A DNA stretch of 64,000 bases from Nitrospirota bacterium (GTDB taxonomy: Bacteria > Nitrospirota > UBA9217), in the NCBI GenBank assembly GCA_963663225.1, contig OY760142.1, positions 384,001-448,000 on the forward strand, read 5' to 3'. Shown one piece after another: positions 26,005 to 35,549 of the stretch. Position numbers and translations under genes: made by a program. The notes under the pieces were generated by a model that worked only from the letters and a program-made list of their open reading frames with translations, ran no database searches and was not told where the DNA came from. The stretch's first letter is position 1; every line of letters starts with the position of its first letter.

Positions 26005-27837
26005 ATGATACGAGTGGTCCTCAATGTTTTGCCGCCCTCGAGAATCGACACCCCTTCTGCCGCGTTATCCACACTCAAGTCATTCCTGAAGCACCATGCG
26101 ATTGATGCAACGATTGTTTATTGGAACATTCTTCTTGACCGGCTCCTTCCCTCTTTTGAAAGAAATACCGACGAGACCCATTTCGAGTTGCTTCCATACC
26201 TCTACCTGATTTCTGATACGTATCAGGACGAAATCAAGAAGAGCAAAGCAAATGCCGTAATGAAAGCACAGCTGCCGTTCTCCGATATTCTAAACGACCG
26301 GAGCGATTTTTTTGCCCGGGCCAACGATATCCTGGAAGCTGCGTTTTCAACAGAATTTTCCCAGGAGATATATGCCGGTCAAATGCTTTTCGGAATATCC
26401 TGCAAATATGAGCAATGGATTCCCGGCATAATCCTCGCGAACCACCTAAAAAAACGTTTCCCTCATGCAAAAACCGTGATTGGAGGACTCAGAAACCGGG
26501 ACAAAGCAGAAGCTGTCATGAAAATATGCGGCGATTTCGATTTTGCCATATGGGGAGAGGGAGAATATCCGCTCTTGACGCTTTGCCGGGCTCTCGATAA
26601 AAAGACAGACGAATTTACGTCCGTCCCACGGTTGATCTTTCGCGAAAACGGTACCCTATTGTCTTCAGACACGGACGCAAGTGATTTCTCCGACATGAAC
26701 GACAGAATATTTCCTGACTATGATGATTACTTCCGCTGTCTCGAAACGTCGCGCAGAAAGAACTTTCCCGTTATCCTCCCTCTTGAATCCAGCCGGGGGT
26801 GCACCTGGAACGCGTGCAAATTCTGCGTTTACGCAGAAGGGTACAGGTGCAGAAAAAAGGATCCGGCAGTATTGGAAGAGGAAATTAGGCATCTGCTGGG
26901 CAAATACAAGACACCATATTTTGCCTTCATGGACAACGATATCGTGGCGAATGACCACGCAAGGCTCGACAAAATTCTTGACGCTCTCATTGCGATAAAA
27001 AAGGACTGCAATATTCACTTCATCGCCGAAGTGATACCTAAAAATTTTACCGCAGCAACCATGAAAAAACTTTCCCAGGCGGGACTGAACAGGATTCATT
27101 TCGGCTATGAGGCGCTTGCGAACTCGTTGCTGAAGAAGCTCGGGAAAAAGACCAACTTTTCGGACAATCTGCTTTTTGTCAAACTGGCGCTCAAATACCT
27201 AATCAAGCTTCCGTCGGCAAACATCATATGCGGCGCCGTGGGCGAGGAAGATCACGATATTCTTGAAAGCATCGACAATTTGCACTTTTTAAGGTTTTAC
27301 TTTGACAAAAACTTTTTCGTCCATAATATCATCCCCCTGCGTGTTGCCCAGCATTCCGATTTTTACAACCTGATCCCGAAGGAAACCCTCCTCAAATGGA
27401 ACGCGAATCCGATTTTCCACTTATTGCCGGATGACATGCTGGAGGGCATTGACCGTTTTTCGCTCTTCGATTTCAGCGCTGAACAGAATTTCATGTGGGA
27501 AATGTTTACAAAGATAAACACCTTTTACTATAATCACAACTATCGCTATAGCATTTCACGACAGGACGGTGCCATCATCTATAGCGAATACTTCGACGGT
27601 GATCTGGCCACACGGTTCGGGCTAAGCGACTTGGAATATCAGATCCTGCTGGAAACCAATTCAAACATACTGAATTGGAAGGAGCTAATCGGAGGTTTTC
27701 GGCTGAGGAACAATGTTCCGGTGGATGAATGTGCGGTGCGCATTGCTCTTGATCGTTTGAAAGAAAAACATTTAATCTATTTTGGCGACAACTATCATGC
27801 AATCATATCAGTCATTGACACCGATCAAACCTTTTGA
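26005..27837 (+). CDS. Cobalamin-binding radical SAM enzyme (RiPP-maturation C-methyltransferase type)
   Basis: PSAALSTLKSFL...VYWN N-terminus, VIGG and GEGE B12-domain motifs, PDYDDY, ESSRGCTWNACKFC cluster motif, FMDN, GYEAL; helical wHTH-like C-terminus. Confidence 0.88.
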   Translation: MIRVVLNVLPPSRIDTPSAALSTLKSFLKHHAIDATIVYWNILLDRLLPSFERNTDETHFELLPYLYLISDTYQDEIKKSKANAVMKAQLPFSDILNDRSDFFARANDILEAAFSTEFSQEIYAGQMLFGISCKYEQWIPGIILANHLKKRFPHAKTVIGGLRNRDKAEAVMKICGDFDFAIWGEGEYPLLTLCRALDKKTDEFTSVPRLIFRENGTLLSSDTDASDFSDMNDRIFPDYDDYFRCLETSRRKNFPVILPLESSRGCTWNACKFCVYAEGYRCRKKDPAVLEEEIRHLLGKYKTPYFAFMDNDIVANDHARLDKILDALIAIKKDCNIHFIAEVIPKNFTAATMKKLSQAGLNRIHFGYEALANSLLKKLGKKTNFSDNLLFVKLALKYLIKLPSANIICGAVGEEDHDILESIDNLHFLRFYFDKNFFVHNIIPLRVAQHSDFYNLIPKETLLKWNANPIFHLLPDDMLEGIDRFSLFDFSAEQNFMWEMFTKINTFYYNHNYRYSISRQDGAIIYSEYFDGDLATRFGLSDLEYQILLETNSNILNWKELIGGFRLRNNVPVDECAVRIALDRLKEKHLIYFGDNYHAIISVIDTDQTF

Positions 27838-29180
27838 AGATAAAAATTCTTGATCGGCCTGCTAAGCACAAAGAACAGCGCCAGCACCGAATATATGATG
27901 AAAATGAAAAAAAAGATCAATAATATGTTTTTGTTCAATAGATCAATAACAATGCCGCTTCCTGCCAGAGAAAGAGGAACGAGGCCACCGTTGATTGAAT
28001 CCAGCGTTCCAAAAACCCTCCCCCGCAGCTCTTCGGGAATCACTTTTTGTTTGATCGACGTATTGATCAGACGCGAAACCGCCATGCATACGGAAATGAG
28101 TGAAAGCAGCCCGAACACAAGGTAGACATTCATGGAAAACGAAAGAAATAAAAATAATATCGCTTCAAGAATGAATACTCCGCATATCACTATATAATTT
28201 TGTTTTTCCGTTGTCTTCAGCATACCGTAGACAAAATACCCCGCGATGGAACTCATCGTCAGAATGCTTAGGAGATATCCGTAGTAGGCTTCCCCAAGCT
28301 TCATCACATCTTCAACAAGAAAAGGCAGCATTATCATCACGGCCGGAAAAAACAGATTGGACAGTGTGTAAACGATCGTCTGGTTCCTCAAGCCCTTGTT
28401 CGCCCAGATAAAAAGGAGTCCTTCTTTAACATCCTTGATAAAGCTTCGATACGAAGTTGAATATCTTTTCTCTGAGTCCTTCTGCTCCAGAGTGATGAAC
28501 AAACTCGAAAATGCCGCAGACAGATACGTTATGCCGTTCAGCAGGAACGCCAGGGTCCCTCCAAAAGCGCTGAAGAATACTCCACCCAGCGCGTTGCCGA
28601 TCATTGCCAGCAAACCGCTCGAACCCTGCAGCAAGGAATTGCCCTTCTGGATTTTGTCAATCTTGAGAATGAGCGGAATGATTGAGTAGAGGGCGGCGTT
28701 GAAAGCCGAGTCGATGATCCCCATGCACAGGGTCACGCAGAACACGATATAGAGCGTGAAGGGAAACGACGAGGAAAAATGAAATTGCGCCACTCCGATA
28801 TCGATCATCTTCAGGCCGAAAAAGTAATCCAGGCTGAATATGAACAGCAGAACCATAAGAATGCTTCGAAGAAAATAACTCCAGATGATCACTGTTTTTC
28901 TGGATGTTTTGTCGACCAGCGTCCCAGCAAATGGACCCAGCAGCACCCATGGAAGGAACGCCAGCAGTTCCACAACGCCGATGATGGTTGCCGACCCGGT
29001 TATTTTCTTCAGGTACAGGACAAGGACAACATAATAGAGCGTGCTGCCGAAAAACGCGGCGCTCTGGCCGGCGAAGAAGAGGGTGAAATTCCTGTTGAAC
29101 AATCTGTCGGAAGGCTTGGTCAAGGTATCTATACGCGTTTTTAAAGTCCGTTTCGTTATTTTTTGATGAATGTACCGCAC
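27825..29180 (-). CDS. MFS exporter (DHA3/macrolide-efflux-like); start uncertain
   Basis: LFNRNF...GQ, GPFAGTLVDK.SRK, KEGL.FI, PEELRGRVFG; overlaps the 3' end of the rSAM gene. Confidence 0.9.
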   Translation of the reverse strand: MRYIHQKITKRTLKTRIDTLTKPSDRLFNRNFTLFFAGQSAAFFGSTLYYVVLVLYLKKITGSATIIGVVELLAFLPWVLLGPFAGTLVDKTSRKTVIIWSYFLRSILMVLLFIFSLDYFFGLKMIDIGVAQFHFSSSFPFTLYIVFCVTLCMGIIDSAFNAALYSIIPLILKIDKIQKGNSLLQGSSGLLAMIGNALGGVFFSAFGGTLAFLLNGITYLSAAFSSLFITLEQKDSEKRYSTSYRSFIKDVKEGLLFIWANKGLRNQTIVYTLSNLFFPAVMIMLPFLVEDVMKLGEAYYGYLLSILTMSSIAGYFVYGMLKTTEKQNYIVICGVFILEAILFLFLSFSMNVYLVFGLLSLISVCMAVSRLINTSIKQKVIPEELRGRVFGTLDSINGGLVPLSLAGSGIVIDLLNKNILLIFFFIFIIYSVLALFFVLSRPIKNFYLQKV

Positions 29181-30340
29181 GTACGCGGAACATCAGCGGG
29201 ATGCGCCAGTTTGTGCTCGATGAATCGTTTCGCAATCAATTCGGTGATTTCGACGTTCTTGTCCATCAGCGCGCGCAGTGTCACCTGCGAAGTGCAGAAT
29301 GATCCCATGAAATTCGTGTCCGTCACCGGCGACAACGCGCAGTATTCTCCACAAATGGGCAGTGCGCTGCATTTTGTGCAGGTATCATTGTAGTATGAAT
29401 TCGGCGTCTCGCACAGTTCGATGGCTTTCGCCGCCCCGTCTAGGTAGGCAGGCAGGTCTTTTGCTTTCGCGATGGGGCCGGTTATACCGGCAAAAAAGCT
29501 GCATGGATAAATATATCCGTCCGCGGCTACATAGGCCGAAAAAAGACCTGCCCTGCACATCTGTGGCTTCGGCAAAGCGTGATAGTCAGAATTGCACAGA
29601 ACATTATTGTGATACAGGTGGAACTTGTTCAAAATAATGGTCTCTCGCGTGTTGAAATCAAACTGCGAAGCCAGAAATGCTGACTCGAACTCCGATTCAG
29701 CTCTGAGCATCGGCGGAATCTGCGAAGCCTGATGCCCCCTTCCCTCGCTCGAAACATAATTAACGCGGTAAAACCGAATCCCTTGTTTGTTGAAGAATTT
29801 GATGGTGGACGGCAGTATCCGCAGAGACTCCACGGTACCCACGACGAGCGCCGATATTTTAAATCCGTTTTCGGACAACGTAACGATATTGTCCCGTCTT
29901 TTTGCCGAAAGCAATCCCGGGTCAGGCAGTTCCCCGTCATAATGAATTGAAAAGTGCACGTTGTATTTTTTGAACAGATCTATGATCGCGGGTGGCAGGA
30001 TTGAGATGTTCGTCTGAACCGAGTACTCGAGTGCCTGGCCGGTTCTTTCCAGGTAGCGGTCCACCGCCTTAAAAAACGTTTCATACCATTTGACCGATAC
30101 CAGCAGGGGTTCTCCGCCGGAAAATACCACCACGCCCAGTTTTCCGTTGCTTAACTGCAGGAGCTTGATGACTGTTTCGGCTGTTTCCAGCGGATCTACT
30201 ATTTCTTCCTTTTCACCTTTCGGTGTTGCGGAAACGTTGCAGGCATCCTGGAAACAATATTCGCATGAAAGGTTACAGCCTGTAATAAGCTGGAACGTCA
30301 CACTGTTGAGATCTGCGAACGTGGGGGTAATCGTTGTCAT
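29156..30340 (-). CDS. Radical SAM/SPASM peptide-maturase-like enzyme
   Basis: CNLSCEYC, FSGGEPLL, QTN; complete SPASM pattern C-x12-G-x4-C ... CxxC-x5-C-x3-C ... C; AAGGA RBS. Confidence 0.92.
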   Translation of the reverse strand: MTTITPTFADLNSVTFQLITGCNLSCEYCFQDACNVSATPKGEKEEIVDPLETAETVIKLLQLSNGKLGVVVFSGGEPLLVSVKWYETFFKAVDRYLERTGQALEYSVQTNISILPPAIIDLFKKYNVHFSIHYDGELPDPGLLSAKRRDNIVTLSENGFKISALVVGTVESLRILPSTIKFFNKQGIRFYRVNYVSSEGRGHQASQIPPMLRAESEFESAFLASQFDFNTRETIILNKFHLYHNNVLCNSDYHALPKPQMCRAGLFSAYVAADGYIYPCSFFAGITGPIAKAKDLPAYLDGAAKAIELCETPNSYYNDTCTKCSALPICGEYCALSPVTDTNFMGSFCTSQVTLRALMDKNVEITELIAKRFIEHKLAHPADVPRTCGTFIKK

Positions 30341-30385
30341 TTGGTAATATCCTTACTTGTTTACGGAGTGGAAACGGCATGCAGA

Positions 30386-30423
30386 CCTGCTACGATATTA
30401 TCCTTTGATAACACCGCAGCAGG
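30386..30423 (-). promoter_or_regulatory. 17-bp RNA hairpin between precursor and maturase
   Basis: Minus strand CCTGCTGCGGTGTTATC-aaag-GATAATATCGTAGCAGG pairs fully with three G-U wobbles (A-C mismatches on plus); no U-tail. Confidence 0.7.
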
Positions 30424-30445
30424 GGATTCTTTGAAAAACGTGGGT

Positions 30446-30643
30446 TTACTTGTTGGGGCAATAATTGGCGTAAGCACAGCAGCAGCCGCATTCCGACTCG
30501 ATTGATGCCGTCGCAGGCCTTCGCAGCGTGCTCAACATGTCGCCGAGTACTTCTTTCGATGCGTTCCACTCCGTTGCCACATACTGCTCTGCCAGATGTT
30601 CGGGTACATCATAAATGCGTCCAGACTTGTTCATCAATAACAT
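30446..30643 (-). CDS. Putative RiPP precursor peptide (65 aa, Cys/Tyr-rich C-terminal core)
   Basis: GAGGAGG RBS, own promoter, directly upstream of rSAM/SPASM; ends ESECGCCCAYANYCPNK. Confidence 0.85.
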   Translation of the reverse strand: MLLMNKSGRIYDVPEHLAEQYVATEWNASKEVLGDMLSTLRRPATASIESECGCCCAYANYCPNK

Positions 30644-30702
30644 ACTGTCCTCCTCATATAGTAGTCGTATGCTTGGGTTATTTTGCCGTTTTCTTCTTTT
30701 AC

Positions 30703-30731
30703 ACTCTAAAACTTTCCCGCCTTGTTGTCAA
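30703..30731 (-). promoter_or_regulatory. Sigma70 promoter of the precursor operon
   Basis: TTGACA-N17-TAGAGT on the minus strand, about 60 nt upstream of the ATG. Confidence 0.7.
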
Positions 30732-30778
30732 GAAAAAATACTCCTGAACAAATAAAAAAGGTCATCATTGAACTCATT

Positions 30779-31174
30779 CTATTGCAATTCCGATATCTGA
30801 TCGACCGACAAATCGCACGTCGCAACCCATGGTGAAAAATGCATCGTACATTCCATCGATCCGGAGATTTCCACATGCCTGCCTTCCAGTTTCGATGCCT
30901 GATTCTTTGCCATGGCGGACAGGATAAGATTCAAAGCGGATACAGTCCGTTCAGATTTGGATCCTTTGGCAAACACAATCGGTTTGTCCAGTCTCAAACC
31001 ATATCCGCTTTTAGGGAGAGCCTGAGATGCGCTATTTTCATCCGTATGCACCGGTTGCATGCAATGGATGGTTCCGGTCACCCGAGTATCCTTGCGCACT
31101 TCCGAATCTGCGAATGATGGATAAGGAAAGCTCTGTATCACAACCGCAATTATTACTGCGAACAAAATGTTCAT
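30779..31174 (-). CDS. Hypothetical secreted protein (possibly OB-fold/DUF4431-like)
   Basis: Signal peptide ending SFA; VTGTI...L.LDKPI...LEGRHVEISG. Confidence 0.6.
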   Translation of the reverse strand: MNILFAVIIAVVIQSFPYPSFADSEVRKDTRVTGTIHCMQPVHTDENSASQALPKSGYGLRLDKPIVFAKGSKSERTVSALNLILSAMAKNQASKLEGRHVEISGSMECTMHFSPWVATCDLSVDQISELQ

Positions 31175-31261
31175 TCAGGAGTCATCCTTGCTTCCGCTTT
31201 GTTTGTACGGTCCATACTGCCGGCGCTTAAATTTTCCTTGTTCCGTGAGCATGTCGTGCAG

Positions 31262-32992
31262 CTATTTCATTTTCAACCCATCACGGTCAGGATCCGTCTT
31301 CACCGCGGACTTTGTTTTCACGTCAAGCAGTTCGGACATTTCAACAAGCCGGATGAATTCCGCCCGATAACCCTCGATGTCGGCGCCTTTGGCGGCCCGG
31401 GCCATTTTTTGTATGTCAGCATAATTCGCGTTTCCTTTATGCTCGGAGTCCCTCAACAGCATGCTCCATTCCGCCACGCTGGCCGCAAACCGAATATTTT
31501 CACTGGCATTGTCGAATGAAACTGAGACGCTTGGTATCTTGCTGACAAGCTCGGAGCTTACGTCGCTGTCCGGTTTCTTGTAGCGGAAACGGATTGTAGC
31601 AAGATCGGTGCTCGTGCGGGCGGCATCCTTGATCTGAACCGTCTGGTAAGTCAATTCCTGCTTCCCGGCCTCGTTCTCTGCCGGTACTATCTCATACAAT
31701 GCCGTAACCGAATGGCCTGATCCGAGTTCTCCGGCGTCTTTTTTGTCATCCGCGAATTCTTCAGCCCGCATCATCCGCTTCTCGTATCCGATCAACCGAT
31801 AGGACTTGACCCTGGCAGGGTTGAATTCCACCTGAAGTTTCACATCCTTTGCAATAGTCAGCAGTGTCCCGCCGAACTGTGATACCAGGACCTTTTTGGC
31901 TTCGAGCAGGTTGTCTATATACGCGTAATTACCGTTCCCTTTGTCGGCAAGTTTCTGCATTTTGGAATCCTTGTAGTTCCCCATGCCGTAGCCAAGCACG
32001 CTCAGAAATATATTATCTTTGCGTTTTTCTTCAATCAATCGCTCCATCTCGGCGTCGCTTGACGCTCCGACGTTGAAATCGCCGTCCGTGGCCAGGATCA
32101 CCCTGTTGTTGCCGCCTTTGATGAAGTTTTCCTTCGCGACCCGGTATGCCAGTTGAATTCCCTCCCCGCCAGCGGTGCTTCCTCCCGCCCCAAGACTGTC
32201 AAGGGCCTCCAGTATTCTGAGCTTGTTCTCACCGCTTGTCGAAGGCAGCACGAGACCCGCCCGGCCGGCATAGACGACAATGGCGACTTTGTCCTGGGAC
32301 CGCAGCTGTCCCACCAGCATTTTGAAGGACTTTACAAGGAGCGGCAGTTTGTTTTCATCCGCCATGGAACCGGAGACATCGATCAGAAAAACTAGGTTGG
32401 CAGGGGGCAGCTTTTCCATCGGAATTCGTACCCCTTGAAGCCCGATCAGCAACAGTTTGTTTCCCGACTTCCAGGGGGAATCGGTCAACTCAGTGGTGAA
32501 AGAGAACGGCACATCGCCCGTAGGCTGAGGATAGTGGTAAGTAAAGTAATTGATCAATTCCTCGCTCCGCACGGCGTCTGCCGGAGGAAGCTTTCCGGAA
32601 TTTATGAAACGCCGGACATTGGTGTAGGAGGCGGTATCAACATCAATGGAAAATGTGGACAACGGGTTTTTGAGTGTTTCCAAGAATGTATTTTCATTGA
32701 CCCTATCGTAACTTTCGGTATTAAACGCGGGTGCGGAAAAGGCTTGATACGGCGCCATGGTTGTCGGCATTGGCATCCGCCGGACCTCCACCATCATCTC
32801 TCTTTTTTCGAGCGATTTGGCAACATGGGCCTTTGACGGTGGCTGCGATTCCTGGATATTCAACACCTCTTTCTTGCTGCATCCGGTCTGGAGCAGAAGT
32901 ACTGCGGAGAGAGCGCATATAATATTGAGATAATTCTGGAACCGAAGAGAACGTGTCTTTTTTATAATCCATTCCAAAATACAGTTAGTCAT
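31262..32992 (-). CDS. YfbK-like VWA-domain lipoprotein
   Basis: Lipobox LQTGC; PLSTFSIDVDTASY; MIDAS DVSGS; GGSTAG; ATDGDFNVG; EFNPA.V..YRLIGYE. Confidence 0.92.
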   Translation of the reverse strand: MTNCILEWIIKKTRSLRFQNYLNIICALSAVLLLQTGCSKKEVLNIQESQPPSKAHVAKSLEKREMMVEVRRMPMPTTMAPYQAFSAPAFNTESYDRVNENTFLETLKNPLSTFSIDVDTASYTNVRRFINSGKLPPADAVRSEELINYFTYHYPQPTGDVPFSFTTELTDSPWKSGNKLLLIGLQGVRIPMEKLPPANLVFLIDVSGSMADENKLPLLVKSFKMLVGQLRSQDKVAIVVYAGRAGLVLPSTSGENKLRILEALDSLGAGGSTAGGEGIQLAYRVAKENFIKGGNNRVILATDGDFNVGASSDAEMERLIEEKRKDNIFLSVLGYGMGNYKDSKMQKLADKGNGNYAYIDNLLEAKKVLVSQFGGTLLTIAKDVKLQVEFNPARVKSYRLIGYEKRMMRAEEFADDKKDAGELGSGHSVTALYEIVPAENEAGKQELTYQTVQIKDAARTSTDLATIRFRYKKPDSDVSSELVSKIPSVSVSFDNASENIRFAASVAEWSMLLRDSEHKGNANYADIQKMARAAKGADIEGYRAEFIRLVEMSELLDVKTKSAVKTDPDRDGLKMK

Positions 32993-33285
32993 ATTCTTTT
33001 CTCCTTATTATTTTTTTATTTCATTAGACAGGATGGGGTCAAAAAAGTTCCCGAAAATTTATGGTAAATTAGCATTGCATACGACAAACAGCAAGGTAAA
33101 ATTCACCAAAAGCCACACCACGAACGTCGGCGATTTGTCACATAAGCGTTATATATCTTATCGTTCTAATAAGGTAATAACTTTAGCGTTTTGCCGACAA
33201 AGGGGTGCGTTGAGAAAATTAAATCAGTTAGTTTTAGGATTGAAAAACCGGCTGCTTTATGCGATAGTGAAAATGGTCTGAATCA

Positions 33286-33720
33286 ATGCAAGCATTGCTG
33301 CCTGATAGAACGTACATTGCCGAACTTCGGCGCCCTTGGAAGCTTGCCACTTTCGCGCTCGGGATGATGTGGCTTCTATACGGTGCGTTAAACTACGACA
33401 TCTCCGACTGGGATGTCGGCATCAGCGTGTTAATGGGGGTGCTCACATATCTTTGCGCGCCCTGGAGCGTACAGGTCATTCTGTTTTCCCTGCGCCACCG
33501 CCAAAAGCACTGGCTGTTGTGGATTGCGGCCGCGCTAGTGGTTGCCCTGTTCGTCATTGACGGTGTTTATTGCGTGTATCACACAATGGCCGGGAACCAG
33601 ATGCTCCGTCTTGAAAATTTTTGCGCGTCATCCGCCCTTTACTTCCTGGCAGGGACAATCTGGCTCTACCGAGGCTCTCTCAGGGACTTTGTGCGTGAAA
33701 TGAAATACTGCAATAAATAA
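33286..33720 (+). CDS. Hypothetical membrane protein
   Basis: Hydrophobic segments; RPWKL, DWDVGIS.LM..LTYL.APW. Confidence 0.7.
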   Translation: MQALLPDRTYIAELRRPWKLATFALGMMWLLYGALNYDISDWDVGISVLMGVLTYLCAPWSVQVILFSLRHRQKHWLLWIAAALVVALFVIDGVYCVYHTMAGNQMLRLENFCASSALYFLAGTIWLYRGSLRDFVREMKYCNK

Positions 33721-33850
33721 TTTTTTAGTAAACCTCATGAGTTAAGGGATTGGAGTCAGTATTGTTCCTTGATCATGAGCCAAATAGCCAGATTATACGA
33801 CAAACTAATTCCATAGCGTATCAGCGATTACAGGAAAAAGGAGATATGAG

Positions 33851-35107
33851 ATGCGAAAGCTTTTTTTAGGCACCTTGTTTCTGGCACTGGCAACAATGGT
33901 ATTGTGTGTAGCATCCAACGGTTATTGCAAAACGGACACAGCTACACCAAAGCTCATCAAAAAATCCGACAAGGGGAAACTATATGCCCTTAACGGCGTA
34001 AAAATGCTGGTTTTGTCCGGCACGTTTAACGAGATGGGCCGCCAGTATGGTGCATTGCTCGGCAGCGAAATCTCCGGGCTTTATGAAACGGCAATCGAGA
34101 AATCCTTTATTAAAAACGGACTGTTTTCACAAGAAGAACTTTACGGGTTTGCGGCAAGCATTTTTAAGACCCTGCCCATGAGACAGAAGGAACTTATCCG
34201 GGGGATATCATCAGCAAGCGGTCTCAAGCAGGAAAAAGTCATTTTGGCCGCAAATATAGTTACGGTTCAGATATTAGCGCGCAAAAAGTTCGGCGGCAAC
34301 ACAAACGCCTGCACCTCACTTGCGGTCTGGGGAAAATATACTGATGATGAGAAGACCTTGACGGCAAGAAACTACGATTTCCCACACATTTTTCGTGAAA
34401 TGGCAAAAGAGTATGCGGTAATTATCGTCTTTAAACCATCTGACGGATCAAATGCGGTTGCCGGGATCGGCTTTGCAGGAACCATTTCTTTTATCGACGC
34501 GCTGAATGACAAAGGAATTTATATTGAGGCCAACAACGCGGCGGATTCGGCCGGATTGGTCATGTTTAACGCGAGAACGGAAGCGACGACACAGGTTGTG
34601 AATATTCTTTTTGACGCAACCGACAGTGAGGAATTCAACAGCTTGATGAACAGCACCCGATTCAGCTACTCTGCCATTCTTATGGCGGCTGACAGCAGCA
34701 CGGCGCGGTATTACGAGATCGCCAGTTGGGATATTCACAAAAGAGATTCCGCGGGCGTCCCGATAATCGCCGCCGGGAACCAGTTTAACGACCCGGCATG
34801 GGGCATTCTGTCGCTGCCGAGTCCTGCAGCATGGTATTCCTCTTTAAGGGAAAGCAATCTTATAAATCTGGCGAAAAACCGGCATGCCGCTGTTGACGCA
34901 AAACACATGATGTCCATACTGGACGCACCGTTTTATAACGAAGATGGAACTGTCGGCAAAGGTGTATCTGTTTTAAAGAAAAACCCCAAGGATGATGAGG
35001 TCACGGTCTGGCAGGTTGTTACGCATCCGGCAAGTCTGGAGATGTGGGTACGGTTTCCTATGCTGAGCGACTGGATCTTTATTGATCTAAAAAAATGGTT
35101 TCATTAA
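33851..35107 (+). CDS. Secreted C45-family Ntn hydrolase/peptidase
   Basis: Signal peptide; LSGTF.EMGRQYG; autoprocessing site ACTSLAVWG; ARNYDF; ALNDKGI. Confidence 0.88.
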   Translation: MRKLFLGTLFLALATMVLCVASNGYCKTDTATPKLIKKSDKGKLYALNGVKMLVLSGTFNEMGRQYGALLGSEISGLYETAIEKSFIKNGLFSQEELYGFAASIFKTLPMRQKELIRGISSASGLKQEKVILAANIVTVQILARKKFGGNTNACTSLAVWGKYTDDEKTLTARNYDFPHIFREMAKEYAVIIVFKPSDGSNAVAGIGFAGTISFIDALNDKGIYIEANNAADSAGLVMFNARTEATTQVVNILFDATDSEEFNSLMNSTRFSYSAILMAADSSTARYYEIASWDIHKRDSAGVPIIAAGNQFNDPAWGILSLPSPAAWYSSLRESNLINLAKNRHAAVDAKHMMSILDAPFYNEDGTVGKGVSVLKKNPKDDEVTVWQVVTHPASLEMWVRFPMLSDWIFIDLKKWFH

Positions 35108-35140
35108 ATATCATTAATTGAATAATTGAGGTGATGCCGC

Positions 35141-35482
35141 ATGGAAATCAAGGAACTTTACAAAGCCCTTCTTTCAAAACAAACTTGGGTGCGCGTCGAT
35201 GAGCTGATGTCGTCCTGGGGAAAAAGCAGGAAAAAGAAGGATACGGGGAAAAATAAGAATAAAAAGAAGAAAGTTGTGCCGCCGAAGATCGAAGCGTCAC
35301 CCAAGGAAGACAAATTGCCCAAAACCATTGCTTTTATCTTGGCAGCATGTATTCTTCTGTCGGGCCTGCTGTTTTTTGTAAGCGTGTTTCCACTTGCGGT
35401 CAGAATTGCATTGCTTGTCCTGTTTGTTGTATTCATTTTTTTACCGAGCGGCATGGTCCATATTTTACAAAACCGCGAGTAA
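35141..35482 (+). CDS. Hypothetical 2-TM protein with Lys-rich tract
   Basis: GAGGTG RBS; KSRKKKDTGKNKNKKKK followed by two TMs. Confidence 0.6.
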   Translation: MEIKELYKALLSKQTWVRVDELMSSWGKSRKKKDTGKNKNKKKKVVPPKIEASPKEDKLPKTIAFILAACILLSGLLFFVSVFPLAVRIALLVLFVVFIFLPSGMVHILQNRE

Positions 35483-35549
35483 GGTAACTGTTCAGACAAT
35501 TTGTAATTTTCATTGGAATCAGCCTGTTTGCAATTCTGCATACCATGGT

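Noticed and set aside
30446-30643. Selenocysteine or read-through extension of the precursor; or a simple metallothionein
   Set aside because: The stop is TAA and there is no TGA; Cys residues are confined to the C-terminus and the gene context favours a RiPP substrate
30779-32992. VWA lipoprotein and small secreted protein as members of the RiPP cluster
   Set aside because: The precursor has its own promoter downstream of them and YfbK-like genes occur in many unrelated contexts
33851-35107. C45 peptidase as the RiPP leader peptidase
   Set aside because: It lies 3 kb away on the other strand, separated by unrelated genes, and I know no precedent for this role; not formally excluded
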